Assembly: GCA_000934665.2 (NCBI GenBank)
Contig: KZ538106.1
Span: 107,924-127,923 of the forward strand
Reading direction: 5' to 3'
DNA length: 20,000 bases
Source: Catajapyx aquilonaris
Taxonomy: Eukaryota
The first letter of the stretch is position 1; every line of letters starts with the position of its first letter. Under the pieces are notes generated by a model. It was not told where the DNA came from. It searched no databases and worked only from the letters and a program-made list of their open reading frames with translations. Of this stretch, positions 1-11,665 are shown in pieces. The position numbers were made by a program, and so were the translations under genes.

Positions 1-330
1 GGACAAAGAATCCCTCTTGAACTGTGGATTCGGCCAATGCACCACTTTGCAGTGTTGATGATGGCCAACGCTTATTGCACTGACAAACCGTTCGGATCGG
101 AGCGCGTCATCGCATTGTGGAGCGGCTAATAAACTCCCGTGTCAAGTATTAACGGCGATGAAAATCGACTCTTAATTTGTTTGAAATTTACTTTTATCTG
201 TAAGTCATCCGGAACGACAAGCTCGTAAACCCTTATTTTCTCTAGATAAGCGGCATTGTGCCGAAATGGACGGGTGTTTTTAATTCAAGCTCGTTTCTTC
301 GCAGCATTAATGTTCTGATGGATCGCATCG
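1..330 (+). pseudogene. Degenerate F-box(/LRR) gene remnant, 5' end outside window
   Basis: Frame 1 from base 1 reads GQRIPLELWIRPMHHFAVLMMANAYCTDKPFGSERVIALWSG**, resembling the F-box consensus LPxE(L/I)xxxIxxxL...xxxxKxF...LW. A shifted frame downstream gives LRR-like FLRSINV. Stops and frameshifts present; 3' boundary approximate. Confidence 0.5.
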
Positions 331-771
331 TCTGCCTAATCCCAATTGTTATTGAATCACAAAGCCAGATAGATAAGACACTGCACATGTAGGCTATCTG
401 AAATGTCATGTATACAGTACACATGTCGCTTTTCATTTCTATAAAATAATTTTGTTAGTACACTCGAGGGCTAATATAAGCAGCAAGTGATACGAATAAC
501 CGTCGCATGCACTATGCAGGAAAACTAAGGCTACCATACCGTGGTCAGCATGCTGGTGAACTATTAAGTATTTACATTATACTAGCAGCACTCTACGATT
601 CGTGCACCAAATAACGAGCAACGAAGCGCACAAAAATGCAAAACATTAAAATGAAAAGCGCAGCCGCTCCAGTCAAGCAGTGTGTACAGTAGAGCATAAT
701 AAGCGAGATAAGCAGATGTATCTCATTATTGCTGGATAAGTAGAGGCAAAAATCCTGCTGCCAAAACCGCA

Positions 772-1250
772 ATGGAGGACTGGGTGGGTAAAAAAAAATT
801 GATAAGCCAAAGGGCATGGCGGCGAAAATTTGCAGCTTGAATGTATGCTTTTCCCTTTGCAGCAGGCCGAGGGTCGCATGTATGGTGAGCAGGCTACCTA
901 GAATATGCGGAATTGGCCGCAAGGTATCATAATGCTGCTGCTACAACCCGTATCATATGTAGAGCAGGCTGTATGTATAATAATACACTGCCCGGTATGT
1001 TGTTGAAAATACCCTGCATCCGATGCTATGGAAAAATCATTTGCTGCCCACGCTGGACTGGCTGGCTGCCTCATACTCTATAGTGAGGAAAAATCAGAAC
1101 CACACACCCCAGCACAGCAGCAACTTCCTCCGAAAAACTCGGTTCTAAGAATAGGTGAGTTACGGCCTGCTTATTGGGACCCGAAGGAAAGATATTTCTT
1201 GTTTCCCCCCGTGTTTTTGGCTCAATGAGCGCCTAAATCAAAAGGGATTA
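772..1250 (+). pseudogene. Possible degenerate F-box/LRR remnant
   Basis: ATG in good context (gcaATGG) at 772. IDKPKGMAAKICSL...RVACMVSRL (798-900) is F-box-like; LAGCLILYSEE (ORF 1028) is weakly LRR-like. An A-run frameshift follows the start. Confidence 0.3.
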
Positions 1251-1419
1251 GCCGAGCTCTTTCGCCCACTTAAATATGTTGGTAAATAGTGTAGAAATCA
1301 CTCAGTACTAATCGGAAGCTCCCTTCGTCCCAAATGCAATATACTTACGGGCCGACCGTTTGTTTCGCGAGCCAATTTGTCGCCCACGGTGTATAAACGA
1401 TGCTGCATTCGACGCTTCG

Positions 1420-2015
1420 AAGTTTGCTTACCACTCGTCGGAATTTAAACACTTGCTCAGTCGTCGCTTTTATTGTGTGTCCAACCTGTGCGGTGGAACG
1501 TGGTACGTGTTATTGGTCCTGTTGATTCGTGGAATGTGGCGGAAAATTTTTGTGCGAATTGGCGTGTTAGTTGCTTTTGTCACGTTTTCAGTATACTGGA
1601 GTATTTATAGGAGAAATATTGGTCGATGCAATGTCCGTGAAAATGGGCATTGGTTCAATGTGCTGCACATCATCTCCATCATTCAAACCCCGCATTGTTC
1701 GCAACAACATTATGGGTGTTATCATATTATTTGCATGAATGGCATACGCCATACTGATTTTACAAGTATGGTGTTTTTAACCTGCGTGTGTCACGGATGC
1801 ACTGTGCAATAATTATCAAGAAAACCAAAACTGCAAATAATGCGGTGTGACATCCAGATTCTCATGGAAGGTTTTGTGGCCACTCGTGTAACCAATTGTT
1901 TAAAAATGTCCGAGAACAATTTCTTCTTTTGATAAAAAATTGCCGATAATTGATTGCGGAATGACGTAAATATTTAACCTTTGTCATCAATTATATGTTA
2001 GCATATTCGCTCCAT
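1420..2015 (-). pseudogene. Degenerate F-box/LRR gene
   Basis: Minus-strand ATG at 2015. LNIYVIPQSIIGNFLSKEEIVL, then in shifted frames NNW / RVATKPSM / ENLDVT, matches an F-box plus the typical 'RVAxDPxLWxxLDL' exit. LRR-like LNQCPFSRTLH and ILQYTENVTK follow. Confidence 0.55.
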
Positions 2016-2665
2016 TGAGAGCAGGTCGGTGTTACATCAAACTGGCCTTTTCTATATGAAAACTGGAATGCTTTAATTTTTTAAAAGGTATATGACTTGC
2101 TCGTCGTATAGGCTTCTACAGCAGTATAGACCTATACCCAACTTATTGTAATGTAAATATAGAGTACTGCAGCAGCTACGTCTAATTTGGATTCCCGATT
2201 ATCATAGCTTATAAATGCTGACCTCTGCAACGATGCATTATGCTACTCCCAAAATACGCGAATTATTTGCTTATAACAATAAATATTCTGAAATCAGTGA
2301 CCAAATATTTCAGATTATTCCACTCATACCTGCTGCGATGCGTGCCTTAATAATCGTGCAATGTTCATGTCCAAGTGTTCATCAGCCTATTATATCCGCT
2401 TGGCCCACGCCCCCTTAAATGAATAATTAAAAGCACTGGCGGAAATGGCGGGAATTAACATGAATGTGCGTTAATTTGGAGGGATGTGTATTTAAAATTC
2501 TGGCTGGATAATTACACGAAGCGGACTTTCAAAATCGACCTGGCAGCTCGCCCACCGCTCTGTAAAGTTGATTTTATTTTTACACCTATTCCCTCTATAC
2601 CCATCCCCCGAAAAAAAAAATCAAACTGCATACAGTATTCATCAATACACCATTTACCTCACGTC

Positions 2666-3190
2666 ATGTCTTCGAAAGCACCGGCAAGTTGAGGAAAAAG
2701 AGATGGACGATAAGGGGTTGACGGAAGATGGATGGGCAATTTTCCTTCCCATCCGTCGCACACTTTTTAAAGCCCAAACCCACTAATTAATGTCTTTTAC
2801 ACTATGCATATGGCTTCCTTCCAGACTTGGCCGCGACAAGACCTTATAGCCCAGCAGCGTAAATAGTCAAAAAGCGTGCTTCTGCCATTACAGCGCGTTA
2901 TGAAATGTGGCGTGAAATGAAGCACATTAGCGATAATTCATAGCTTGCACTGTGTTATATGTGCATGTTCAACCACTCCCTTCCGGGGGAAGGTTGTAAG
3001 AGGGGCTGTAAAAAGGGGATTAATTTACGCACCAGTCCACCAGATGATAGATGAGTTCACATTCACTCGAGTTCTACCGCATGCTCCGCATTTTCTGCAC
3101 CTCATTATGTTATGCGATCATATTAATCATATTTTGTATACCAGATGGGTTTATTCATTTGTTTGTTTTTTCACTGGATTTTTATGGCGT
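2666..3190 (+). pseudogene. Coding-like remnant, weakly F-box/LRR-like
   Basis: ATG at 2666. EDGWAIFLP and HMASFQTWPR lie in different frames, with MLRIFCTSLC later. The match is loose. Confidence 0.2.
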
Positions 3191-3950
3191 CTATAATATT
3201 GCTAGATCTACCATAATTGGTGTGTTGCGTACAGTTATTGTTCAGGCGACAGTCCATTTCAAAGCAGGTGCAAACTGGTCATATTAATTATCAGCAACTA
3301 ACATCGACCACCCTGAATTTATCTTTCATTAGTATTTTTTACCTGACAGATTGTTAAACGTGTGAACCACAACCGTAGAATTAATTACCAGTTCATCCAT
3401 GCATTCCGTTACCCTTGAAACATACCTGACTGTATCAGACCATTGCCAATCAGGCCCTTAATTAGCAAAACTCCCATGTTTATATACGTTGGAATCCTAG
3501 GATGAGTGTAGCCAAGTGGAGTTATTCTTCGAGGCCAAATTTTGCGGAGGAACAGCAACTAATCTTGTAAAAGAGGGGCAGCAGCAAGCAGTGCTTGGAT
3601 GAAAGGACTCCCTCTAAATATATTTTTTCTCTCTTCTTCTTCTTCTTCTTCTTCCTCTTTCTTTTCCGTCTCTCGCTCCGGAATTTTTTCTTAAACTGTG
3701 CAAGAGGGGTTGGAAGGTGGAGGGGGTTCACATGTTGGCGGAAAAGCTGACAAATTGAGGAGCAGGTCGAGAGGGGAGAAGCTCGACGCGATGCCCAGGC
3801 GTGGCAAACAGCCTCATTTTTCACCGTGCCTTTTCAACGGCTTCCCCAGGCAGCTTCATGCCAAACCTTATTCCGGTACAGCACGAGATACGCCCGATTT
3901 TTTCCACAACTGGCCCAGTAAATGGCATCCTATCCTAGTCCCATTTGTCT
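3190..3950 (-). pseudogene. Degenerate F-box/LRR gene
   Basis: KWD*DRMPFTGPVVEKIG + (shift) AYLVLYRNKV at ~3860-3945 is F-box-like. LRR-like GLEE*LHLATLILG, NMGVLLIKG, CMDELVINS and NMTSLHLL follow. Interrupted by a (CTT)7 tract. Confidence 0.45.
3633..3653. repeat. (CTT)7 microsatellite in a pyrimidine tract
   Basis: Seven perfect CTT units read directly. Confidence 0.9.
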
Positions 3951-3964
3951 AACTTTCTTTCCGC

Positions 3965-4250
3965 TGCTAAATTCGTTAATCATATGGCACATTTTGCAAC
4001 TTTGGAAGAATTCACCGAGCGTTGTTTATGTTGCTGTTGTTACTTCAGCAAGAGTTGCCAGTGGTGTACCTGAATCAGTATGAAAGCTTCTCAGTTGGAA
4101 ACACTAATACCGAGCTGGAACTTGGGGTAAGCGTACGGCATATACATGCAGGAATAGTGTATAATAACAACAATGATGGGCATGCTATCTCAGGGGTAAA
4201 TATTTTCTCTCACGATGGTAATGCAATTACACTCCAAATCATTGCTTCCC
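3965..4250 (-). pseudogene. Possible short F-box remnant
   Basis: MIWSVIALPS*EKIF, with alternative frames IVRE.I / YLPLR, resembles the 'P-V-x-E-K-I' F-box variant of the neighbours. ILPKLQNV is LRR-like. Confidence 0.25.
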
Positions 4251-4739
4251 ATAACACGCCTGTCTGTAATTCTGTAGTTAGAACCTAATGCACGCGTATG
4301 CATATATACTGATGCCAGCAAATACCCACAAAATACACCCTTTTTGTATAATCACCACAATACGTGTTGCGTTAACCACTCGTGCAATTCAGATGCAACT
4401 TGCACCTTGTTTACGAACAATAGGCATAAAAACTGATATTTAATAAAAATTATGCATTACTCTGTCATGAAACAAATTCAGCACAAAAGACTACCTGAAA
4501 CACGCACAATGTGTCACACATGCCCACACATGACGAGAACTTGGGTCCGGGCTTTTAGTGTTAACATTGTAGGATGGTGACACGTGGTTTGACTAGTCTG
4601 TGTGTACAGTGCAAGTGACATAATGATATACTACGCACACAAAACTTTATGTACACAGTGCGAAGGCTCTTGCCAGGCGTGTTGGGAAGCCTAGTGAATT
4701 TGTATGCGTTGATATCATGTAAGCTTAGGCGAGGTTAGT

Positions 4740-5300
4740 TAGTTAGATGGTTGGCTGGGGTCCTTGGATGAAATATAAGGAGAGGAGGTGGGGGAAAGCC
4801 TCTTTTCAAAGGGCATCTTTGTGCTGCTTCAGGATATACCGACTCCTCTATTTGGGCTTTAGGAGGGGGGGCAAAAGGCGTAGCCAGGTCAGCCGTGTCA
4901 GGGACTACACACGTATCCTTAATTCAAATAAGTATAGTTGGTTGGTGCCCTACTGGATGGTGGGGGTGTAGAAAATGATGTTGGTGTCAGTTTGGGCAAG
5001 GCGGAGAAGATAAATGGAGGTCATTAATCCAGGCGGGAGCACCTCTCCGGAGGAACCTGCCAGCCCGTGTAATTTCAGGACGACTTTCAGCACCGACCTC
5101 GTGCCAGCCGCCAGCTCATTACTTCGACACATGGCGAGCTTCTTCTTTTCCAGCCCCCCCACTCTCTATCCCCACCTACAGCCCCCCTTGCTTTTTTCCT
5201 TCACTGGCGGAGTGCCCACTCGCTCGAATTAGCCGATTACCCAGAAACCCACCTTTCTCCTCAACACCCCCGCCTCTCTTCCTTCCTCACACTTTTCTAC
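4740..5300 (-). pseudogene. Degenerate F-box/LRR gene
   Basis: One frame gives FERVGTPPVKEK...GLEKKKLAMCRSNELAAGTRSVLKVVLKLHGL. LRR-like IYLLRLAQTD, NQLYLFELR, SLTRLTWLRL and AFPHLLSLYF follow. Confidence 0.4.
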
Positions 5301-5779
5301 ACATTTCAGACAAAAAAAAATGTGTAATTAACTCTCATATCACTGCCAGCATCGTGCACTGACCCTACAACGACATGAAAACATTCACGCAGTACTCAGT
5401 ACATGACAGAATGGCTCGCACACTAGTAGATATAAGTTGTGCAATTTTACCAGCATGTAAAAATAATTTTGACATATTTTTTTCGTTATTTTCAGATGGA
5501 ACATCTCAGCAGAGAGTTACAATTCGCGTAAAATAAAAAAGTGGGAGTAAATTTAGCTACAGTGTCATATTTATTATTTCGTTGGAATTTTTGCGAAATT
5601 TTTACGTCAACCTACTTGCACATCCTCATACCCTCATACGTGTATGAATTTATTGGGTTGCATTGCGCAGTGACGAGAGCATGTAACCCACACATTTTGG
5701 GCTATTCTCAGCGAAGTTTATACACGTCTAAAAATAGCCAAATATTATATAGCAATCATTGTTCACATTATTTGACCCT

Positions 5780-6530
5780 TCCTCGCGTCAAGTCCGTTGC
5801 GGGGTCAGGCAAACCACAAAAAAACCTGACATTGTTATACAGCTTGTCTGAAACACGTCCAATAAAAGTCATGCCCAAGGAATGCGCCCCACATTTCTCA
5901 CCCCTCTTATGTAACCCATGATACTCTCCAGGTCTGCAGCCCCAAACTGTCGCAATGTCACTCTACCCCATGGGACAAATGCTGTGTTGATGTTGCCCCA
6001 GCATATCCGTGACCCGAACCCCAATTTCCACGGACAAAATTCGCGAGAGAGGAGTGAATGATGACTAATGGATGGCGGAGGTAAGCAAAACGTTGGGCTT
6101 GTGTCCAATCATAGTGGCGGGTGGTTGTTGGTTCCTTGAGAAAGGAACGCTGGCTATGTGCTTCTCAGGGGTGGTGGAAGTTGACAGAGCTAATGAGGGG
6201 ATGCTATGCAAAAGAGGGGGAGGGCTGCAGGAGAGGAAAGTTTCCAAAATGGTTCCCTCAGGCTCACTTGTGACCAACTCACTTCATTACATCTCAGCAC
6301 TTATTGCTTCAGAGAGAGAAAAAATTGGGTGGGAAGGAGTAGGGGTGGGAGAAGAGGAAAAAAAATTTGGAAGTCAGGGCCAAAGTCAACATTTTCACGT
6401 CAGAAGTGGGGAGAGAAGAAGGGTGGAATCGTAGTGGATGCAGAAAATTGATGAAAGAGGAGGATTAAGGGAGGATCTGGTCGTCACCTGTGAGGAACCG
6501 AGAGAGATCCGGGGCCAGCCAGCCATACAT
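5780..6530 (-). pseudogene. Degenerate LRR-protein remnant (FBXL-like repeats)
   Basis: LSRILSVEIGVRVTDMLGQHQHSICPMG*SDIATVWGCR and GRVSDKLYNNVRFFC resemble the FBXL repeat pattern VTDxxLxxIxxxCPxLxxLxVxGC. No clear F-box seen. Confidence 0.35.
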
Positions 6531-6699
6531 CACTCGCCTGTTTATGCACGCTTTTTATTCGCTCCTTCATTACTTACACTCCTCACTCATTCACTTGTTG
6601 ACACTCGGTAATTGATGCGAGTGTTGCAGTTCTATTTGTTGGTAATATGACTTTTTAGACTGCCTCGCCTAAAATTGGGGAGTGTTCACTCAATTTTTA

Positions 6700-7190
6700 C
6701 TTGAAATACTCTAGAAATACATATAGACTTCTGCATATAGACTGCATGTTGGTGGGTGTCGTTTATTTCTGAATTATATTGTAAATAAACTCTTTCGAGC
6801 TATTCATATATCACTAATAATACCACCCTGTATTCCTTGTGATTTGTACAATACGTACACAGGAGAATACAACCCAAGTGTAAAACATTATCAACCAATA
6901 GAGAAACTTGAACTGCAACCGGAGTTGAGCAGGAAAAAAGATCCTTATAAATATGTTCATTCCGGAAAATAAGAAGGTAGGTGAAACAATCCAGTGTACT
7001 GAAAACTCTAAATGCTCTTAAAATACTGTATGTAACAGGAGCATTAAATTTCGGATAATTTAAGTAAATAGAGTTGTTTACACAGCAAAGTGTACAAATG
7101 TATTCTTCTGAGTGAATAATTCTTCAAAAGGAGTATAATAATTATGTAAGCTAACAAATACTAACACACGTAAATTATATAGACTACATG
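6700..7190 (-). pseudogene. Tandem paralog of the 7500-7983 unit
   Basis: 6935-6982 (-) encodes TYLLIFRNEHIYKDLF, aligning without gaps to TYLIIFRN*HVSQDVF at 7705-7752 (-). Boundaries approximate. Confidence 0.4.
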
Positions 7191-7197
7191 CAATATA

Positions 7198-7279
7198 CAG
7201 GGTGTTCCAGATTCATGGGTCACTTTTTGATAACTGATATCAGTTATCAAAAAGTGACCCACGAATCTGGAACACCCTG
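7198..7279. mobile_element. 82-bp fully palindromic Tc1/mariner-type MITE
   Basis: CAGGGTGTTCCAG...CTGGAACACCCTG with two 41-bp arms, one mismatch and no spacer (centre GATATC). Flanked by TA at 7196-7197 and 7280-7281. CAGGGTG termini plus TA TSD are typical of Tc1/mariner. Confidence 0.85.
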
Positions 7280-7499
7280 TATTAGTCTACGCTTATACCC
7301 ACACCCGTGTGCGGGTAAATAATATCCCACCTTTGTATACAATCATAACAACTTTGCACTGGAGTATATGTGCTGGTATAACCGATGATATTAATCTCTA
7401 CTTAATTAAATCCATTTTACAAATCATGATGATTGTCACACTCGACGAAAACATATACAGTATATGAATCTTCGACATTTAATAATTATTACCATTAAA

Positions 7500-7983
7500 A
7501 TAATCAAATTTCCAAATGACATTGCATTACAGTGCTGATATCCTCCTTCCCATTCCTCCTTTAGTAAATGTTATGCACTTCAAAATTTCAGTGTTGTTTC
7601 CCTTTTGATTAAACCTGAAATTAATGGGCTACTTCAGAGACAGATCACCTTTGGTCAAATAATGAAGACGAATCATTTTTAGGAATACACTGTCTAGGAG
7701 AAGAAAAAACATCCTGAGAAACGTGTTAATTCCGGAAAATGATCAGGTAAGTCCTGTATCCACCTGCTTCTTCCAGCAGCCACCTCCCTTCCTGACCCAC
7801 CAATCGGGTCAGACTTTTACGTTGCTTAAACTAAACACTTCCCTGATCTACTCTTCAGCATTACTTCACAAGCGTTCACAAGTTACCACTTCCTGTAAGG
7901 TTGGACAAGTACCAAGATGTGAAAAAATAGCTTTCCACTACATCATCCAATAATACACGTCAGGGATTGTGTGAAGCAGTCAT
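7500..7983 (-). pseudogene. Degenerate F-box/LRR gene
   Basis: ATG at 7983. RVLLDDVVE + (shift) AIFSHLGTCPTLQEVVTCERL is F-box-like, followed by LLEEAGGYRTYLIIFRN and LHYLTKGDLS. Confidence 0.5.
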
Positions 7984-8219
7984 ATATGGTATTGAACGGC
8001 ATGCTAGCCAGTGAAAGTTACACTATAGCATGAAGATAAAATTATTGCATTATGCAGGACTCTGGTCAGTGCATTACATATTGCAATTTTGTAGCCGCCA
8101 CCGTCAATTTTAGTTTAAATAGATTCACCGAATATTTAAAATGAATGGCTAAATTGATTCAATGCACCCTTATTTTTTATTTACGGCGGTGTTTATGCTC
8201 TTTTCAAGTGAAGTAATGG

Positions 8220-9965
8220 AGCCTTTATGATACTGTTTCATCACTAATTCGACAGTCCCACAACATGTTGATCCTAAGTGTCGGTATATGGTGAGAATCG
8301 GTGACAAGATGACAAATCAGCAAGGATGAGCCGGGGAGCAAAAGCGGTGTTCCCCAGCTCGCTAGAGTTACAAAGCGGCTGATTTAGAGCTGGTAAAGGG
8401 GACTTCTGTCGTCGCCTTCCCCGAGGCTAATCAGGTGACGCCTTAAGAATAATAAAATAAAAAAGTGTAGGGGAGGAAAGCTTCCAGGGGAATGGGTTCA
8501 TTTGGTGGTGAGGTGTATGAAAAATGCAGTAGGCGCCGGAGGAAGGCGTTCTTCAGCTGTCTACCAGGCGGGGCTAAGTATCCGCTGGAGATGTGTAGGA
8601 ATGGTTTGTAAACACTTCTTAGGGAAATGAGGCCTGGGTCATGCATCACACTAGTTCACCTGATGCTGCACTACACTTTTTGTGTGTGTGTGGCACCGAC
8701 TTCGCGTCCCCTCTTTCATTTAGCTGGGGTCCTGGACATGGACCAAGAAGAGTCAACGCCTCGAACTGCCTCGTCCGTCTTCACAAATTTCTCATCCACC
8801 ACATTTCTTCTTTTTTTTCTTTTCTTCTTTGCTGCCTAGTACACTCTGGACCGGCTAGGTCCAGAACCTATGCCAAAATGGTTTTTTTTTCTCCCTTCCA
8901 ACACCTATCTCCTCACGTAATATACTCTCGAGCATTCCCAAACTATTCTTACGGCATGGTCTCGAGTCGAGTTGTTCAGACAGCAGAACTATGAGGCAGG
9001 ATGCTCTCAAGTGGTAAAAACACGACATGGCCGGAATTTCTTGCTGAATTACGTGCCACCTATTGATTGGTTTTTACGACGTTGGTCCATTACTAACTAC
9101 AACTGTAAGGAAGGGGTTAAAAGGTGGGGGTTTGCTATATGCATCGGGCCTTGTAACTGGGTGTTTTGAACCGCATGAGGCAGCCTTCGGAGGGGATCCC
9201 AAAATGGCCTCTCCCCCCTCCCCATCTATATAGCCCGAGCCTAATCTGCCGCTGCCAAATTGAGCCTGACATCATTCGACGCAATGCCCACCCACAAAAT
9301 CCCCAAACCCATCCAAAATCCCAGCCAGGGACCACGGAGGCTTGGAAATACACCAGGCCATTTTCGATACAACTTTGTTCCTATTTAGTGCACACACTGT
9401 ACTCTGCGGTTGTGTACTGTGCCAAGAAGTGGCAACGGCATGTCTTGGATTGAATAAATTTCCTGCAATATTTGCATATAGGTAATTAACCTCATCACAA
9501 TGCATCCATATCTGCCAAAAAGCATCCTTTGCCACAACCAATTCAACAAGCTAATCACTTTGAAATAAACTTCTGGCGTGCTGTACAAACTGTATTGGGT
9601 GATTTGAAAAGGAGGTTTAGTGGCAAGGGGGGGTCCAGTTTGTCCCCTTTTGCTTTGCTATTATGCCATCCCTCCTCCTGTGGCGGTTGAAAAGAGATGC
9701 TGGTTTTGCACCCAGAGGCCAACCGCACATCTCTATCCATCCCATGAAAAGGCTAGAAAAGAGCACCCCTTCGCACACTCTTTTGTCTTCCACCCCTGTG
9801 TGTTTTTCCGGCTTTTGGATCCCTCCAGCACTATATCGAATCCCCTCTTACTTTTCCACCCTTTTCTTCCCAATATCCTCTCTCTCTCTCTCTCTCTCTC
9901 ACTCAGGGATATGGCAAACCGCCCCCACAGATCCGCCAACAATGCTGTTTTTCTTACCGACACAA
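8220..9965 (-). pseudogene. Degenerate F-box/LRR gene (long)
   Basis: After removing one G from a G-run and collapsing a (GA)n tract: ADLWGGLPYP*VRERILG...KRGFDIVLEG (F-box-like). LRR-like pieces: DAFWQIWMHCDEVNYLY, VFPSLRG, CFYHLRA, LA*VLDLAGPEC, RQFEALTLLGPCP, RQLKNAFLR. Confidence 0.5.
9878..9900. repeat. (CT)11 microsatellite
   Basis: Read directly; lies inside the putative F-box codons (V-R-E-R) of the minus-strand unit. Confidence 0.9.
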
Positions 9966-10199
9966 GCCTGACTTTAGAGGTCAGTTCTCTCTAGTGTTTT
10001 TCAAAAGTTGCAATGCATTGTCCAGATTTTTACTTTTCAGCACTAAAAGAGGGGGTTTCCAATTTGTGGGGCCCGTAATTGAAAGACTCAGCCACGTTAA
10101 GCAGAAATGAAAACAGGAGTGCCGGCAGGCTATTTCTCGGCAGAAAAGTGTGTTTTTTCACCCCATTCCCCACACCCAACTCGACTATTTAACCTTTTC

Positions 10200-11665
10200 C
10201 AGCAGGGGAGGGGGGGGTGCTAACTCAATGAATCCATTGCAGAGCAAAAACAGTGCCAGTCAATCTTGGATTGGAATCTTGATGGGTATGAGTGCGGTCA
10301 TTAGCCGCTGGAAAGTGTTTGGATGTGGAGAAACTTGGTGCAATATCACTTTGAACCAGTAAGCTCCTTATGCTGTTGATTTATTATTGCTGGCCACTTT
10401 TTACGACGGGGCTTCCCCCCCTCTCTTATAATTCTGCACCACCCGGCAGCTGATGAGATTATGTCTCGTGGCAAATTTTCCTATTTAAAAGTTCAGCCTT
10501 CAGCCTATATAAGGTGGCCCAAAATGCGTAAATGCCTGAACCCAGGGGCTTTGTCTATATCCCCTGTTTATTATTCTCTGGGCAAAGGTGGAAACAAGAT
10601 ACTAGGCTATGCTTCAACTTGTTCAGTCACCGTTCCAATCCCGCGTGCCAGGGCTTCTGGAATTAAATACCCAAAAGCCTGCATATCTCCCTGAGACGAT
10701 TTGTGGCTGCACAACTGAAACTGCGGTCCATCCATCATTCCCCTGTACGCGACACATTCAGAGAGATCCACACCCGGCATTACAACCAGTGATTAATGTC
10801 GCTTTGCCTCACCTAAAATAGATCCTGCAGACTTTGCATTTATTTTTAGATAAAATTAACATCCTATATACGTACAAAGAAAAAAATCGGGTTAATTCGA
10901 TCAAAATTATTTGCACAAAAATGTGGAAGAATCTGATCCTGTACCGTTTCTGAAAAATGTCGCAGTCAAATATTTTGTGGTTCGCATCTCCAAGATTTTA
11001 AGATGTGACTGCGTAACTGCGTTGTTGGAGTGATGCGTTCCCTTGTTTCCTCGGCTGTACCTATCCCAAGGCAACATGTCCATCTTTAGAGAAGTAAAAT
11101 TAGCTCCTGGCATCTGGACTCTCAGGTACAGCAGGCATTATTGTCTTGTCAGAGATCACCACACTCGGGCTCACGTGAATCCGAGCGTCGTGGGAGATGC
11201 CCCAGAGCCTCATTCCTATCATTTGTATACAGCAGGTAAGGTGCTAAGCTCACAGCCAGATGAATAAAAAGGGATCCTTGCCAGCTCGTGATGTGATCAT
11301 TAGTGAAACACCCTCATGTGTTCCTGATGCGTGGACAAAGGTGTATCCTTACAAACAAAAAAATTCTTCGGTTCCCAGAAGTGTAGTATACGTATCCGTG
11401 GTTTAAGTTCGCAACTTTTTTTTTATTTCTGAGTATGCAGCATAGCTTTGACAAAGTTTTGAGTTCTCTTGGATCATAAGAGTACTGTACAATAAGTTGT
11501 GACACTATGCCCATGAATTCTGCGAGTGGACGAACGTGGGAGAATGGACGCAGCGCAAGTTATCTAATCTTAGCCGACGGGGATTACAGTATGCGTCAGG
11601 GGTCACGATTTTCGTTAGTCACGATTAGCAGACTCTAGTTGAGATGCTTCCCAGGCATCCTCCAT
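10200..11665 (-). pseudogene. Degenerate F-box/LRR gene
   Basis: ATG (acaaATGG) at 11665; NPRRLRLD basic motif. PLAEFMGIVSQLIVQYSYDPRELKTLSKLCCILRN is F-box-like. LRR-like SHLKILEMRTTKYLT, MQSLQDLF, CRVWISLNVSRTG and LNKLKH...CP follow. Confidence 0.55.

Noticed and set aside
1360..1812. 150-aa + strand ORF, and a MULE-like 'YYLHEW...TANNAV' reading in another + frame
   Set aside because: No recognisable family; the minus strand gives a more coherent F-box/LRR reading, so these are treated as shadows or chance.
2805..3095. BIR/IAP-like words (ASFQTWP, LHCVIC, H...C)
   Set aside because: Spacing does not fit CX2CX16HX6C and several frameshifts would be needed.
3522..3824. Lys/Arg-rich ORF resembling an NLS or basic protein
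   Set aside because: The poly-K comes from the (CTT)7 and pyrimidine tract.
7296..7318. Small GC hairpin as a Helitron 3' end
   Set aside because: No CTRR terminus at the expected distance.
8580..9025. Extra F-box-like readings (HDPGLISLRSVYKPF on -, SPFQHLSPHVI on +) and an HMG-like PPAPTAFF
   Set aside because: They overlap the LRR region of the 8220-9965 unit and are probably chance matches; this illustrates the false-positive risk of by-eye motif calls.
10813..10875. Possible 63-nt GT-AG intron on the minus strand (similar candidate at 15461-15523 on +)
   Set aside because: The first reads through as LRR-like sequence (MQSLQDLF) and splicing the second does not restore frame. Small introns cannot be fully excluded.
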